DNA from: Abditibacterium sp.
GTDB lineage: Bacteria > Armatimonadota > Abditibacteriia > Abditibacteriales > Abditibacteriaceae
Length of the DNA: 64,000 nucleotides
NCBI GenBank assembly: GCA_965199495.1
Contig: CBDASK010000003.1
Coordinates: forward strand, 3,200,001-3,264,000
Direction of reading: 5' to 3'
Positions 50,671 through 64,000 of the stretch are shown one piece after another (positions within the stretch are counted from its first letter, which is position 1; every line of letters starts with the position of its first letter). The translations under genes were made by a program, and so were the position numbers. The notes beneath the pieces are model-generated. The model was given only the letters and a program-made list of their open reading frames with translations, was not told where the DNA came from and made no database searches.

Positions 50671-51489
50671 ATGTCCCAACCGATTTTCGAGTTGCGCAAC
50701 GCGACCTACAATTACAATAACGTGCCTGCGCTTCGCGAAGTCAATTTGCAAATTCAAGCTGGCCAGCGCATCGCGGTCTTGGGCGCCAACGGTTCGGGCA
50801 AATCCACGCTGTTGCGTTTGCTCGACGCGCTCTATTTCGTCAACGCGGGCCAGTTGCTTTTCGATGGTGCGCCCGTCACCGAAGAATCGCTGCAATCCGA
50901 TGAATTCGCCTTTGATTTTCGTCGGCGCGTCGGATTGGTTTTTCAAAATCCCGACGTTCAACTATTTAATCCGACGGTTTTCGACGAGGTCGCGTTTGGC
51001 CCGTTGCAATTGCGTTGGGAGAAAAATTTAATTCGAGAAAAAGTCGCGCAGACGATGGAGCAGATGGAAATCGCGCATCTCAAAGATCGTTCGCCGCATC
51101 GGTTGTCGGGCGGCGAAAAGCAGCGCGTGGCTCTGGCCTCGGTGCTGATTCTCGACCCCGAAGTTTTATTATTGGATGAACCAACCGCCGCGCTCGACCC
51201 GAAAAGCCAGAGCCAAATGGTAGATTTTTTGAGCGACCGTAGCCACGCCAAAACCATAATAACGGCGACGCACGATTTGGACATCATCGAAGAGATCGCC
51301 GATATTTGCCATGTTTTTCGGCAGGGACAACTCATCGCCAGCGCGCCGCCAGCCGCAATTTTGTCCGACGAAGCGTTGTTGCGCAGCACCAATCTCATCC
51401 GCTCGCATCGCCACCATCATGCAGCCACGGCGGCGCACTCGCATTCGCATGGGCGGCACGCGCACGAACATGGCGATTCTACATCGTAA
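50671..51489 (+). CDS. Ni/Co ECF transporter ATPase (NikO/CbiO) with His-rich tail
   Basis: GANGSGKST, FQNPD, LSGGEK, LLLDEP; C-terminal HRHHH..HSHSHGRHAHEH. Confidence 0.92.
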   Translation: MSQPIFELRNATYNYNNVPALREVNLQIQAGQRIAVLGANGSGKSTLLRLLDALYFVNAGQLLFDGAPVTEESLQSDEFAFDFRRRVGLVFQNPDVQLFNPTVFDEVAFGPLQLRWEKNLIREKVAQTMEQMEIAHLKDRSPHRLSGGEKQRVALASVLILDPEVLLLDEPTAALDPKSQSQMVDFLSDRSHAKTIITATHDLDIIEEIADICHVFRQGQLIASAPPAAILSDEALLRSTNLIRSHRHHHAATAAHSHSHGRHAHEHGDSTS

Positions 51490-51491
51490 AT

Positions 51492-51616
51492 TTTGATTTC
51501 ACGCAGAGACGCAGAGGGAACAAAGAACAACATTTAAAACCGAAGATTTATATTTTCTTTGTTTTTTGGTTTTTCTTCATTCTCTCTGCCTCTCTGCGTC
51601 TCTGCGTGAAATCAAA
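51492..51616. repeat. Inverted repeat (CGCAGAG family), 25-bp perfect arms
   Basis: tttgatttcacgcagagacgcagag / ctctgcgtctctgcgtgaaatcaaa. Confidence 0.8.
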
Positions 51617-51726
51617 CCGAAGTTTGCGAGTTTTGTTAAAATAGAAAGCGATCACGAGCAGGACGTGACGCCCAAAAGAGGCTTGTCGGCGAAGGGGCGC
51701 GCGCAGCGAAGGGATCACAACACAAT

Positions 51727-52914
51727 ATGAGCAACTTTTACTTCTCCTCGGAATCCGTCACCGAGGGCCATCCCGACAAGATGGCCGACCAAATTTCGGA
51801 CGCGGTCTTAGACGCGATCATCAAGCAAGACAAAAAAGCGCGCGTGGCTTGCGAAACATTTTTAGCCACCGGTATTGTTCTCGTCGGCGGCGAAATCACC
51901 ACCAAAACCTACGTTGACATTCAGACCATCGCGCGCAAAGTCATCAAAGACATCGGTTATAGCCGCGCCAAATACGGCTTCGATTTTCTGACGGCGGGCG
52001 TTTTGAACTGCATCGGCCAGCAAAGTCCCGACATCGCGCAGGGCGTCAATCAGGCCGAAGAGTCGCGCACCGAAGGTTCCAGCGACAACTACGATTCCAT
52101 CGGCGCAGGCGATCAGGGCTTGATGTTCGGTTATGCCACCAACGAGACGCCGTCTTTGATGCCGCTTCCGATTATGAAAGCGCACCAACTCGCCAAACAA
52201 TTGGCCGACGTGCGCAAAAACGGTTCGATCAAATGGCTGCGCCCCGACGGCAAATCGCAGGTCACCGTCCGCTACGAGAACGATAAACCGGTCGCGATTG
52301 ACAAGGTTTTGATTTCGACGCAGCATCATCCCGACGTTTCGCAAGAAGAGATTCGCGCGCAGATCATCGAACACGTCATCAAGCCGGTTTTGGGCGAGTA
52401 TTACCACGACGACATCGAAATTTTCGTCAACCCGACCGGACGTTTCGTCATCGGCGGCCCGCAGGGCGACGCCGGTTTGACGGGCCGCAAAATCATCGTT
52501 GATACCTACGGCGGCATGGGTCGCCACGGCGGCGGCGCGTTTTCGGGCAAAGACCCAACCAAAGTTGACCGCTCCGCGTGCTACATGATGCGTCACGTCG
52601 CCAAAAACATCGTGGCGTCTGGTTTGGCGGATCGCTGCGAAACCCAAGTCGCCTATGCGATTGGCCGCGCGCATCCGTTGTCGGTTTACGTCAACACGTT
52701 TGGCACCGGCAAAGCCGACGACGAGAAAATCGCCAAAGCTGTCGAGCAAGTTTTCGATCTGCGCCCCGCCGCCATCATCGAACATCTCGATTTGCTGCGC
52801 CCGATTTACCTCAAAACCGCCGCTTACGGCCATTTTGGCCGCGAAGACGACGACTTCACCTGGGAGAAAACCGATCACGGCGAAGCGTTGCAAAAAGCCG
52901 CGCAAGAGGCGTAG
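51727..52914 (+). CDS. metK: S-adenosylmethionine synthetase
   Basis: [26 protein letters not shown]. Confidence 0.98.
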   Translation: MSNFYFSSESVTEGHPDKMADQISDAVLDAIIKQDKKARVACETFLATGIVLVGGEITTKTYVDIQTIARKVIKDIGYSRAKYGFDFLTAGVLNCIGQQSPDIAQGVNQAEESRTEGSSDNYDSIGAGDQGLMFGYATNETPSLMPLPIMKAHQLAKQLADVRKNGSIKWLRPDGKSQVTVRYENDKPVAIDKVLISTQHHPDVSQEEIRAQIIEHVIKPVLGEYYHDDIEIFVNPTGRFVIGGPQGDAGLTGRKIIVDTYGGMGRHGGGAFSGKDPTKVDRSACYMMRHVAKNIVASGLADRCETQVAYAIGRAHPLSVYVNTFGTGKADDEKIAKAVEQVFDLRPAAIIEHLDLLRPIYLKTAAYGHFGREDDDFTWEKTDHGEALQKAAQEA

Positions 52915-52927
52915 ATTTGGAGTTGTG

Positions 52928-52964
52928 AAAAAAGAGCGAATCGCAATTGCGGTTCGCTCTTTTG
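52928..52964. terminator. Bidirectional terminator
   Basis: aaaaagagcgaatcgc-aatt-gcggttcgctctttt between convergent genes. Confidence 0.75.
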
Positions 52965-52965
52965 T

Positions 52966-53451
52966 TTATTTAACGGTCACTTTTTCCAGCATCAGGCGCG
53001 TAGGATTATCTGGGCGAAATCCGATTTCTCTCCAGTGCTGGCTTTGGTAGAACCGGCGAGCGCGTTGGTTGCTCGCATCCACGCTGAGTCGCGCCATGAG
53101 AAAATTGCGCTCAGCGAAATGCTGACAGGCATATCCGTCTAAAAGTGGCGCCCAACCCAAACCCCGATAATTTGGTGCGAGATAAAGAAAGTGAACGTAA
53201 CCCACGGGTTCTTCGAAGAAGCGCCCCAGATGAAGTTGCCCAACAATTGTTTTTTCGTGCCAGACATGTAGACAACTGCGCGGGTTATCGGCCAGTTTTA
53301 CGGCGATTTTCTCCAAAAAATATGTGCCTCGTTGCGCATCATCCGCGCTTGTCTTCTCGCCCGAACTGATCCAATTCATATCGCGTTCAAATTCCAGACA
53401 AGTGGACGCGTCCATTTCTAAATTTATAGGTTCAAATCGGAGCGAACTCAT
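52966..53451 (-). CDS. GNAT family N-acetyltransferase
   Basis: LYLAPNYRGLG, N.RARRFY. Confidence 0.85.
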   Translation of the reverse strand: MSSLRFEPINLEMDASTCLEFERDMNWISSGEKTSADDAQRGTYFLEKIAVKLADNPRSCLHVWHEKTIVGQLHLGRFFEEPVGYVHFLYLAPNYRGLGWAPLLDGYACQHFAERNFLMARLSVDASNQRARRFYQSQHWREIGFRPDNPTRLMLEKVTVK

Positions 53452-53527
53452 ATTTTGCAGTATAAGCGTTTGTCGGTTTATCAAATACCCGCAATCCAAC
53501 GCGCAAATGCTTGGAGCCGCGTATGAT

Positions 53528-55375
53528 TTAAAACTCGTCCACGACAACTAAACCATCCAAAACACGAAAGGTAATGCGCGGTGGCTCGTAGTCGGGGCTG
53601 ACTTTGTAGAAAAATTTGGCGTCATTGGTCACGACGTAGGCGCCGGTTGCGCGCGCTTCGCGGGCCAAAATTTCGTCGGCCTCGACGCCTTTGTCGGTGA
53701 TGAGTATTTCGCCTTGGCGCGCCATTTCGCGCAGTTCGGCGGGCTGGTCAATGTTATAGGGCAACGACGCGTCGGCGACGAAAATTATCGGCCAGCAATC
53801 GAGACGTTGCAACTCTTGCCGCATTAGTTGCAAATATTTCAGTTGGCCTTTGCCGTAGCGATTATTCAAAAAGCGCGCGACGTTGGAGGCGTCCACCAAA
53901 ACGCGGCTGGTGCGGTGCGTCAAAACGCGCGCGTAATGCGTTCCGGCCAGACTTAATCGTTCCAGAAATCGCTTGCGCAATTCGGGATTGGTGTCGCGCA
54001 GAAACTCCAGTTCCAACATCACTTTGCCGACGCGTTCTTCATCGTTTTTGTCAATTAATCGTCGCACTTCGCGCGCGGTTAAACGGATACGATGGCCCTG
54101 CGCCTGCCACTCGAATATCTCATCCAATGGCGAAGGTCGCGAAACTTTGACCGGGCGATTGGGCGCGTCCTGCGTGGTTGGCGGCGACGAAACCGCGTCC
54201 ACCGCTTTGGTTTTTGCCGCCGGTTTATCGCCATTTAATTCGCTCAATTTCGCTTCGAGCGCGACGACTTTGCGGCGCTCTTCCTCGCGCGATTGGGCGC
54301 TTTGGCGCAACTGCTTTTTTCCGCGTTTGTTGTCGAGTTCGAGTTCTTCGATTTGGCTTTGCAACGCGCGCACGCGCCGCTCTTCGCGCGCTTCGAGCTT
54401 ATTCAGTTCGCCATATTTATCAGCCCATTTTTGTTCAATTTGCTCCAATTTTTTGGCGAAGTTCTTCGCCTTTTTCTCCTCGCGCTTTTGCAAATTGGCG
54501 ATTTCATTTTCTAACGATTTGATTTTGCTTCTGGCACTCGCCTGACTATTCAAATTTTCGCGCGCGCCCGCGAGTTGCGTTTCCATTTGCGCTAATCGTT
54601 CGCGTAATTTATCGGCTTCTGCGCGCCAAAAATCGGGCGATTCTCCATCGAGTTGCGGCTCTTCAATCGGCGCTTCAACAGGCGCGGCTTGCAAGATTTG
54701 CGATAAATTTTCGGCGTCGCTAAGAATGTCGAGCAACTGGCGAAACAACGCCGTGTCGCCGCCGATAGCGACGCCAGCAGCCACGGCGTCCGGCCCAAAG
54801 CTGCGAATGAGCGAGGGCAAGCGCCCCGCCGCCGTGGCTACATCGCACGGCGCGGCGAGAATGGACAAAATCGGTGGTTGCGGCGTCTGGTGCGCCCACA
54901 GCAACAGCAATAAATGCAACTCTTCGGGATGTTTTTCCAGCCAGACCGCGAACCGTTTTTGCACTGGCTCGCGCCGTAAACTGCCCGGCGCCTGTTGAAA
55001 CCCGCGCAACGCCTCATATTTGAGCGGCCCCAATTCGTCGGCGCTCAAGTGTTTCCACAAAATTTTGCCGGGAATATCTGACACCAACCAGCGCGTCGCT
55101 AATAAAGGGAAATGGCGCGCGATCCACAATTGCGGCGCCAAGTTATCGGCCCAATTCTCATCGGCGTCGGCCAGAGTCGTCACGCGTTTGAGCGCGCGCT
55201 TTTGATACGCTTCGTTATCGAAATCGCGCCATTCATCGTCGTTTGGATTGTAAATGTCCGCGTTCAACGGCGGCGCACTTTCGGACGATGCTTCGTTGGT
55301 TTTAATGTCGGGCGTTGAAGTGAGAGTTTCCTGTTGCGAGTTATCAAATAAGGGTGCGGGCGCGCGTGTGGACAT
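53528..55375 (-). CDS. Coiled-coil protein with a C-terminal NYN/Zc3h12a-like PIN ribonuclease domain
   Basis: VLVDASNVA, ADAS, ADEIL, VVTND acidic PIN motifs; long central coiled coil. Confidence 0.75.
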   Translation of the reverse strand: MSTRAPAPLFDNSQQETLTSTPDIKTNEASSESAPPLNADIYNPNDDEWRDFDNEAYQKRALKRVTTLADADENWADNLAPQLWIARHFPLLATRWLVSDIPGKILWKHLSADELGPLKYEALRGFQQAPGSLRREPVQKRFAVWLEKHPEELHLLLLLWAHQTPQPPILSILAAPCDVATAAGRLPSLIRSFGPDAVAAGVAIGGDTALFRQLLDILSDAENLSQILQAAPVEAPIEEPQLDGESPDFWRAEADKLRERLAQMETQLAGARENLNSQASARSKIKSLENEIANLQKREEKKAKNFAKKLEQIEQKWADKYGELNKLEAREERRVRALQSQIEELELDNKRGKKQLRQSAQSREEERRKVVALEAKLSELNGDKPAAKTKAVDAVSSPPTTQDAPNRPVKVSRPSPLDEIFEWQAQGHRIRLTAREVRRLIDKNDEERVGKVMLELEFLRDTNPELRKRFLERLSLAGTHYARVLTHRTSRVLVDASNVARFLNNRYGKGQLKYLQLMRQELQRLDCWPIIFVADASLPYNIDQPAELREMARQGEILITDKGVEADEILAREARATGAYVVTNDAKFFYKVSPDYEPPRITFRVLDGLVVVDEF

Positions 55376-55473
55376 AATTTAAGTATGCGCCAAAAGCGCG
55401 CCTGACCCCGATAGAAATTAAAACGGCGCGGCACAAAAATGTGCTGCGGCGCCAAAAAACATCTATTTTGGTC

Positions 55474-56442
55474 TCAAAAAACTGGCGCTAAAATATCCCC
55501 TTTATCCGTTGCTTGAAACGTAATTGGATTGGCGACGGGCGCGCCGCTGTTGTTTATTCCGTCGGGGCCGACCGAATAAACCGTGTGGCCTTTTCGCTGA
55601 AACCGTCCCGCGCTAAACGGATCGAGCGGCAACGGCGCGTTAGCCAATTTGTTTTCCAATCGGTCGGCGCGCGCCCGCAACGCCGCGACGACGAGCAATC
55701 GCTGCGTTTTGGCTTTGGCCCACAAAAATCGGCTGGCGGCATAAGATGTCGCGTAATTCTTCGAGTAGGTATCGAGAGCAACCGTCGGCTTTTGCGCGAC
55801 CGAATTATAAGGTTTGTCCGCGCCTTGAATCAGTTGATTATAATAATCCGCGATATTGATTTTGACCTGCGCAGTCGAAGTCTGGCGCAAAACCGTTTTT
55901 TCCTGTGGAGTGAAACCCAGACCATTTATTGTGATTTGCCAGTTTTTTGGAGTTTTGGAAGCGTCGTCCACTTGCTTCAGCTCTTCAGCTTTCTGATTGA
56001 CGAGAATTTGCTTATACGTAAATAATTTGGTGTCTTGAGATTCGAGTTGCGCCGCGAAGCCCCGCGCCGTGTCTGCATCAAGTCGCGAGGCGATGCGCCC
56101 AATATCTTTTAACGCCATTGACTGAATTCCATAAAAAGAAAGCGTGGTCAGATTGGTGATTTTGAGATTCTTCCATTCGAGAATCTCCAAACGCTCGCCC
56201 ATCGCGGCTTTGTAATCGCCAACCTTGAGGCTCGCCTCCGAGTCAGCTTTCAACTTCTGGGCCTCGTTGAGCCGAACCGTGCCGAACATCGCATACGTTT
56301 CAGCTACAAAACCATCTATTTTGGCTTGCACCTTTTTCTGTTTGGCAATAGCTCTTTGGCGAGGCTTGACCAAAATCATAGCAACGCCCGCAAGTAGAAT
56401 CACAAGACCTAAATATGCCACCCAAACGAAACGTTTTTGCAC
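55474..56442 (-). CDS. Membrane-anchored hypothetical protein with a GspG-like C-terminal motif
   Basis: N-terminal TM; PLDPFS...VYSVGPDG..N.G; GTG start chosen downstream of the acnA terminator. Confidence 0.65.
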   Translation of the reverse strand: MQKRFVWVAYLGLVILLAGVAMILVKPRQRAIAKQKKVQAKIDGFVAETYAMFGTVRLNEAQKLKADSEASLKVGDYKAAMGERLEILEWKNLKITNLTTLSFYGIQSMALKDIGRIASRLDADTARGFAAQLESQDTKLFTYKQILVNQKAEELKQVDDASKTPKNWQITINGLGFTPQEKTVLRQTSTAQVKINIADYYNQLIQGADKPYNSVAQKPTVALDTYSKNYATSYAASRFLWAKAKTQRLLVVAALRARADRLENKLANAPLPLDPFSAGRFQRKGHTVYSVGPDGINNSGAPVANPITFQATDKGDILAPVF

Positions 56443-56465
56443 ACTCAAAGTATAAATGAGCCATA

Positions 56466-56503
56466 AAAAATCCGCATTCAGATCGCTCTGAATGCGGATT
56501 TTT
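56466..56503 (-). terminator. Terminator after acnA
   Basis: aaaaatccgcattcaga-tcgc-tctgaatgcggattttt. Confidence 0.8.
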
Positions 56504-56515
56504 ATTCGCGTAATT

Positions 56516-60919
<4,404 letters not shown>

Positions 60920-60970
60920 ATTCTGCTCTTTAGTTTTAACGCATTTTGCGCGCCGATGACTGAGAAATTC

Positions 60971-61720
60971 TCAACAACACTGCGCGTTGAGCCAGCATTT
61001 GTCCCAATCGCGCGCTTTTAGATCGTCGCGGTGCATCAGATAAAACATCGCTCCGGTATCGCCCCACATCCAGTCTATTTCTTTGTCGATGTCCATTTGA
61101 AGCAACACGATCCAATCATCGAGTGTGCCACGTCCCGTCCAATTCGCAGTCTCATAACGCGCGTCGTTTTGGATGATGTGCGGATGATTGAGCATTGCCA
61201 GAGAATGACGCGACTTCTCGAATTTCTCCAGCAACTCTTCCCACTGCCCTTCCTCTTCCTCGGTGAATTCGTCGTCTTCGGCATTGATCCAAAATGTCGA
61301 AGTCGGAACACTGCAAAAGATTTGCGGCTTTACGGTCGCGGTTTGCAGCCCATGCGAAATTTGCGCTTGCTCTGGCACCTGAGCGCGCTCTAAATCTCCC
61401 TCAAAATGAAAAACGCGCCAGCCTCCTTCATCGGCCATTTCGCCAAACGGCCAATCGCCGTCCTCGTTCATGTCGTAGAAAAACGACAATACGCCCGAAC
61501 TCGGCAATTGGTTTTCAATATCAAACGGCGCGATTTCAGCGAGATTGATTTGCGCCATAAACACGAGCGGCGCATCGTCTCGCATCGGCCACGCGAAACC
61601 ATCGGGCACATCGGGCGCGCCGCCGAACTTACTGGCGCCAATCGCAATCTCATCGTCATCGGCGCGCGTGGCTGCTAACGCGATGGCGGGTAACAATCGT
61701 TCGATAACGGCGTCTTGCAA
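60971..61720 (-). CDS. DUF1963/YwqG family protein; N-terminus possibly frameshifted
   Basis: SKFGGAPD, FMAQINL, LLQMD..WMWGDTG, ends QCC. Confidence 0.85.
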   Translation of the reverse strand: MQDAVIERLLPAIALAATRADDDEIAIGASKFGGAPDVPDGFAWPMRDDAPLVFMAQINLAEIAPFDIENQLPSSGVLSFFYDMNEDGDWPFGEMADEGGWRVFHFEGDLERAQVPEQAQISHGLQTATVKPQIFCSVPTSTFWINAEDDEFTEEEEGQWEELLEKFEKSRHSLAMLNHPHIIQNDARYETANWTGRGTLDDWIVLLQMDIDKEIDWMWGDTGAMFYLMHRDDLKARDWDKCWLNAQCC

Positions 61721-61825
61721 GCGGGCGCGTGTTGGCGAATCAGGTTTTCGGCTTCGAGTCGCGACTGTGCGAACGTTTCGGCGGGCGTCATTTCGCGCCT
61801 CAGTTTATGAGAATCGTTTTAAAAT

Positions 61826-62937
61826 TAGGACTTACGCAGAAGCCAAGTTGATGGTAGGTCTTTTGAGTTGTTGAACGAGGTAGTCTCGCAGCAAGCCGTG
61901 CTTGAGTTGGTAGACGTTTGTGAGATTGCGGTGAGCAATGGCGGTCAATCGTGTCCAGACCAAAAGCGCGCAGTGGACGTGGTTACGCTGAATGCGAGCT
62001 TTGCGGCATTGGCAGCTCTCGATGCCTGTGAGTTGCTTGATTTCTCGGTGATACTGCTCAATCTTCCAGCGCACGGCACACACCTTTCGTGTCTCTTGCG
62101 TGGAATCCTGAGACAAGTCGTTGGTCACGACGTAGTCCGTGCGGCTGGAAGAAACCGGCACCCGGAACAGTTGCACCTTGAACTCTTTAGCAAACCCATA
62201 AACCTTGATCTTTTTGCCCGTTTGTAACTCTGCTTCGCTCCACTCCAACTCACTCACCGCGCGGTAAGGTCGCTCACCAAAGCTATCATCGACTTTGCGG
62301 TTGCTTTTGAGCGGACAGTAGAACAGCTTCTTGTCGGCACCGGCACCGGCACCGGCACCGGCACTGTCCTCCTGTTGGGTGTTTTGGTGCCAGTTCTCGA
62401 TTGTCCACATCAGGTGTTTGGTGGCATACCACGAGTCCATCAGCACGGTTTGAAACGGAATTGCCCGCGCCTTGATGCTTTGCAGCATCTCTTCGACATG
62501 GTCGAGCTTGCTTTTGCCGTCGCCATCGGGGTCGAAGATGCGGTAGTCAATGACCCAAAACTGCTCGGTTTCGGGATGGACATAGAGGCACGAGACCAGA
62601 CCGATACCGCGCACGATACCATGAGCGTTGCCGCTCCATTGTCTGCGCGTGGTCTCGATAGAGGGGCCAAAGCTCTTGTCCAACACCGTGTCGTCGAACA
62701 CGATAAACCCACTCGCGCACGGCTGGTAAACTTCGCGCACGTTCTCCCACAACAAACGCGGGGTGAGCTTCTCCCCGCGCAGGTAGCGGTTGAGACGGTC
62801 ATGGGACAGCTCTTCCACATGAGCGGCCATGTTAGTCAAGGTGTAATTGACCGGGCTGCTCAGAAGATATTGGCAGTAATCCAGTTTGCTCAAACTCATC
62901 AGAAAAAGTCTAAATCAACGCCCCTGCGTAAGTCCTA
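61826..62937 (-). mobile_element. Complete IS701-family (ISAba11-type) insertion sequence, 1112 bp
   Basis: TIRs TAGGACTTACGCAG / CTGCGTAAGTCCTA; 5-bp direct repeat AAAAT at 61821-61825 and 62938-62942. Confidence 0.93.
61832..62899 (-). CDS. IS701 family DDE transposase
   Basis: YCQYLLSS, FDDTVLDK, MDSWY, RWKIEQYHREIKQLTG; the stop codon lies inside the TIR. Confidence 0.93.
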   Translation of the reverse strand: MSLSKLDYCQYLLSSPVNYTLTNMAAHVEELSHDRLNRYLRGEKLTPRLLWENVREVYQPCASGFIVFDDTVLDKSFGPSIETTRRQWSGNAHGIVRGIGLVSCLYVHPETEQFWVIDYRIFDPDGDGKSKLDHVEEMLQSIKARAIPFQTVLMDSWYATKHLMWTIENWHQNTQQEDSAGAGAGAGADKKLFYCPLKSNRKVDDSFGERPYRAVSELEWSEAELQTGKKIKVYGFAKEFKVQLFRVPVSSSRTDYVVTNDLSQDSTQETRKVCAVRWKIEQYHREIKQLTGIESCQCRKARIQRNHVHCALLVWTRLTAIAHRNLTNVYQLKHGLLRDYLVQQLKRPTINLASA

Positions 62938-62980
62938 AAAATGCAACGCGATTTATCGTTCAATCGCCTTGATTGTTATT

Positions 62981-63412
62981 ATGGAGCCGACCCGCAAACC
63001 GCATCGTCCGCCGCCCGTTTTCAATCCCAGCGGCTTACCAGCCACGCCGCCGCCCTCGCCCGCGCCAACGCATGCTTCCGATCCGAGCGCGCCGGTAAAA
63101 GTTAAGCCTTACCACGGTTCGTGTCCCAACTGCGAACACGGTTCGATGTTTCCGCTCGTGCGGTTCTTCGAGACCGATGTCAACGAAAACCCGACGGCTG
63201 ATGCGATTATGCCCAACAAAATGGGCGCGCGATTATTTCCCGGTTTGAGTCTGGCGATCATGCTCGTCAGTTGGATCGGCGGCATGACGTGGGACAAAAA
63301 TCGCGTCGCGCGGGGCCGTCTCAAAGTGCGAAAAGCGCGCGCCGAGATTTTGCCGCACAATCCGCAAGCGGTGATTTGCCCGCAGTGTTACGAAGTTTTG
63401 GAACGGTTTTGA
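62981..63412 (+). CDS. Hypothetical membrane protein with two CxxC pairs
   Basis: Pro-rich N-terminus; CPNC, one TM helix, CPQC. Confidence 0.6.
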   Translation: MEPTRKPHRPPPVFNPSGLPATPPPSPAPTHASDPSAPVKVKPYHGSCPNCEHGSMFPLVRFFETDVNENPTADAIMPNKMGARLFPGLSLAIMLVSWIGGMTWDKNRVARGRLKVRKARAEILPHNPQAVICPQCYEVLERF

Positions 63413-63421
63413 TGGATCGTG

Positions 63422-63528
63422 GCTTCCGTAGAGACACCGATTTATCGTGTCTAAAACGCAATATTCGCCATTAAATTGAAAGCCAGTTCAACGTTTTAGA
63501 CACGATAAATCGGTGTCTCTACGGAAGC
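63422..63528. repeat. GTAG-type REP doublet, 37-bp perfect arms
   Basis: gcttccGTAGagacaccgatttatcgtgtctaaaacg at 63422-63458, inverted at 63492-63528. Confidence 0.85.
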
Positions 63529-63530
63529 AT

Positions 63531-64000
63531 TCACCCGACCGGTTGTGCCAATCGTTGAATGCGGTTGACGAAATCTTCGTCATAGGCATCGAGCGCGACT
63601 TTCTCGACTTCGACGGCGATTTCGGGTTCTTGATCGTTGCGCATTTGCGCGAACAGCAAAAGCGTTTGATAACTCGCGTTGGTCGGCTTCATCTGCGCGG
63701 CCTGCTTGAAGTGAGTCACGGCGGCATCAGTCTGGTCAGCGCGCAAACAGGCGGCGGCCAATCTCAACCGATAATACTCGTCGCGCGGCGCCAGTTCGGT
63801 GGCGCGCTCCATCATTTTTACCGAATCGCCCGCGCGGTTCATCAGCCGATATAAGTCGCCCAGATGAAAATGATAAAACGCGTCGCGCGGCTCCAATTCC
63901 AGAATCGTCAAAAGTTGCGCTTCGGCGCGTTCGTATAAACCCATCGTGGCCAGAGCCACGGCCAGTTTCCAGCGCAAAAACGGCTGCTTGGGCCGCGAAC
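63531..64000 (-). CDS. TPR-repeat protein (partial; start lies beyond the window)
   Basis: TPR pattern LELEPRDAFYHFHLG, ELAPRDEYYRLRLA, MKPTNASY. Confidence 0.8.
   Translation of the reverse strand, partial: SRPKQPFLRWKLAVALATMGLYERAEAQLLTILELEPRDAFYHFHLGDLYRLMNRAGDSVKMMERATELAPRDEYYRLRLAAACLRADQTDAAVTHFKQAAQMKPTNASYQTLLLFAQMRNDQEPEIAVEVEKVALDAYDEDFVNRIQRLAQPVG

Noticed and set aside
51648..51718. Canonical SAM-I, SAM-II or SMK riboswitch call
   Set aside because: Core motifs such as GGCAAC/GUGC are not evident; kept only as a candidate finding.
51862..52905. 347-aa antisense ORF (similarly 24652-25698 and 24186-25097 over rpsA)
   Set aside because: Shadows of metK and rpsA.

Overview
Core chromosomal region of a GC-rich diderm bacterium. 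Gene content and style suggest Armatimonadota/Abditibacteriota, but this is an inference and was not verified. The window holds about 50 CDS: housekeeping genes (polA, greA, rpsA, rpsL, rpsG, hpf, ispF, metK, acnA, sppA), envelope and glycan genes (an SLH-porin, NlpC/P60 proteins, glycosyltransferases, an ACP plus paired hydrolases), a NikR-regulated Ni/Co ECF transporter, a vapBC pair and a complete IS701/ISAba11-type element. I saw no rRNA, tRNA or CRISPR array. The main observations are: (1) a non-palindromic motif, GCAGCCACG(NCG), with at least 30 exact copies on both strands and in several reading frames, resembling a DNA-uptake-sequence-type signal; (2) a 513-aa LAGLIDADG intein inserted at an Fe-S-ligand cysteine of aconitase, leaving a CxxC across the splice junction; (3) a 200-bp MITE whose ends match the IS701-type element in the same window; (4) several distinct families of long intergenic inverted repeats (REPIN-like); (5) a candidate SAM-riboswitch-like metK leader. 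All motif counts and alignments were done by eye.
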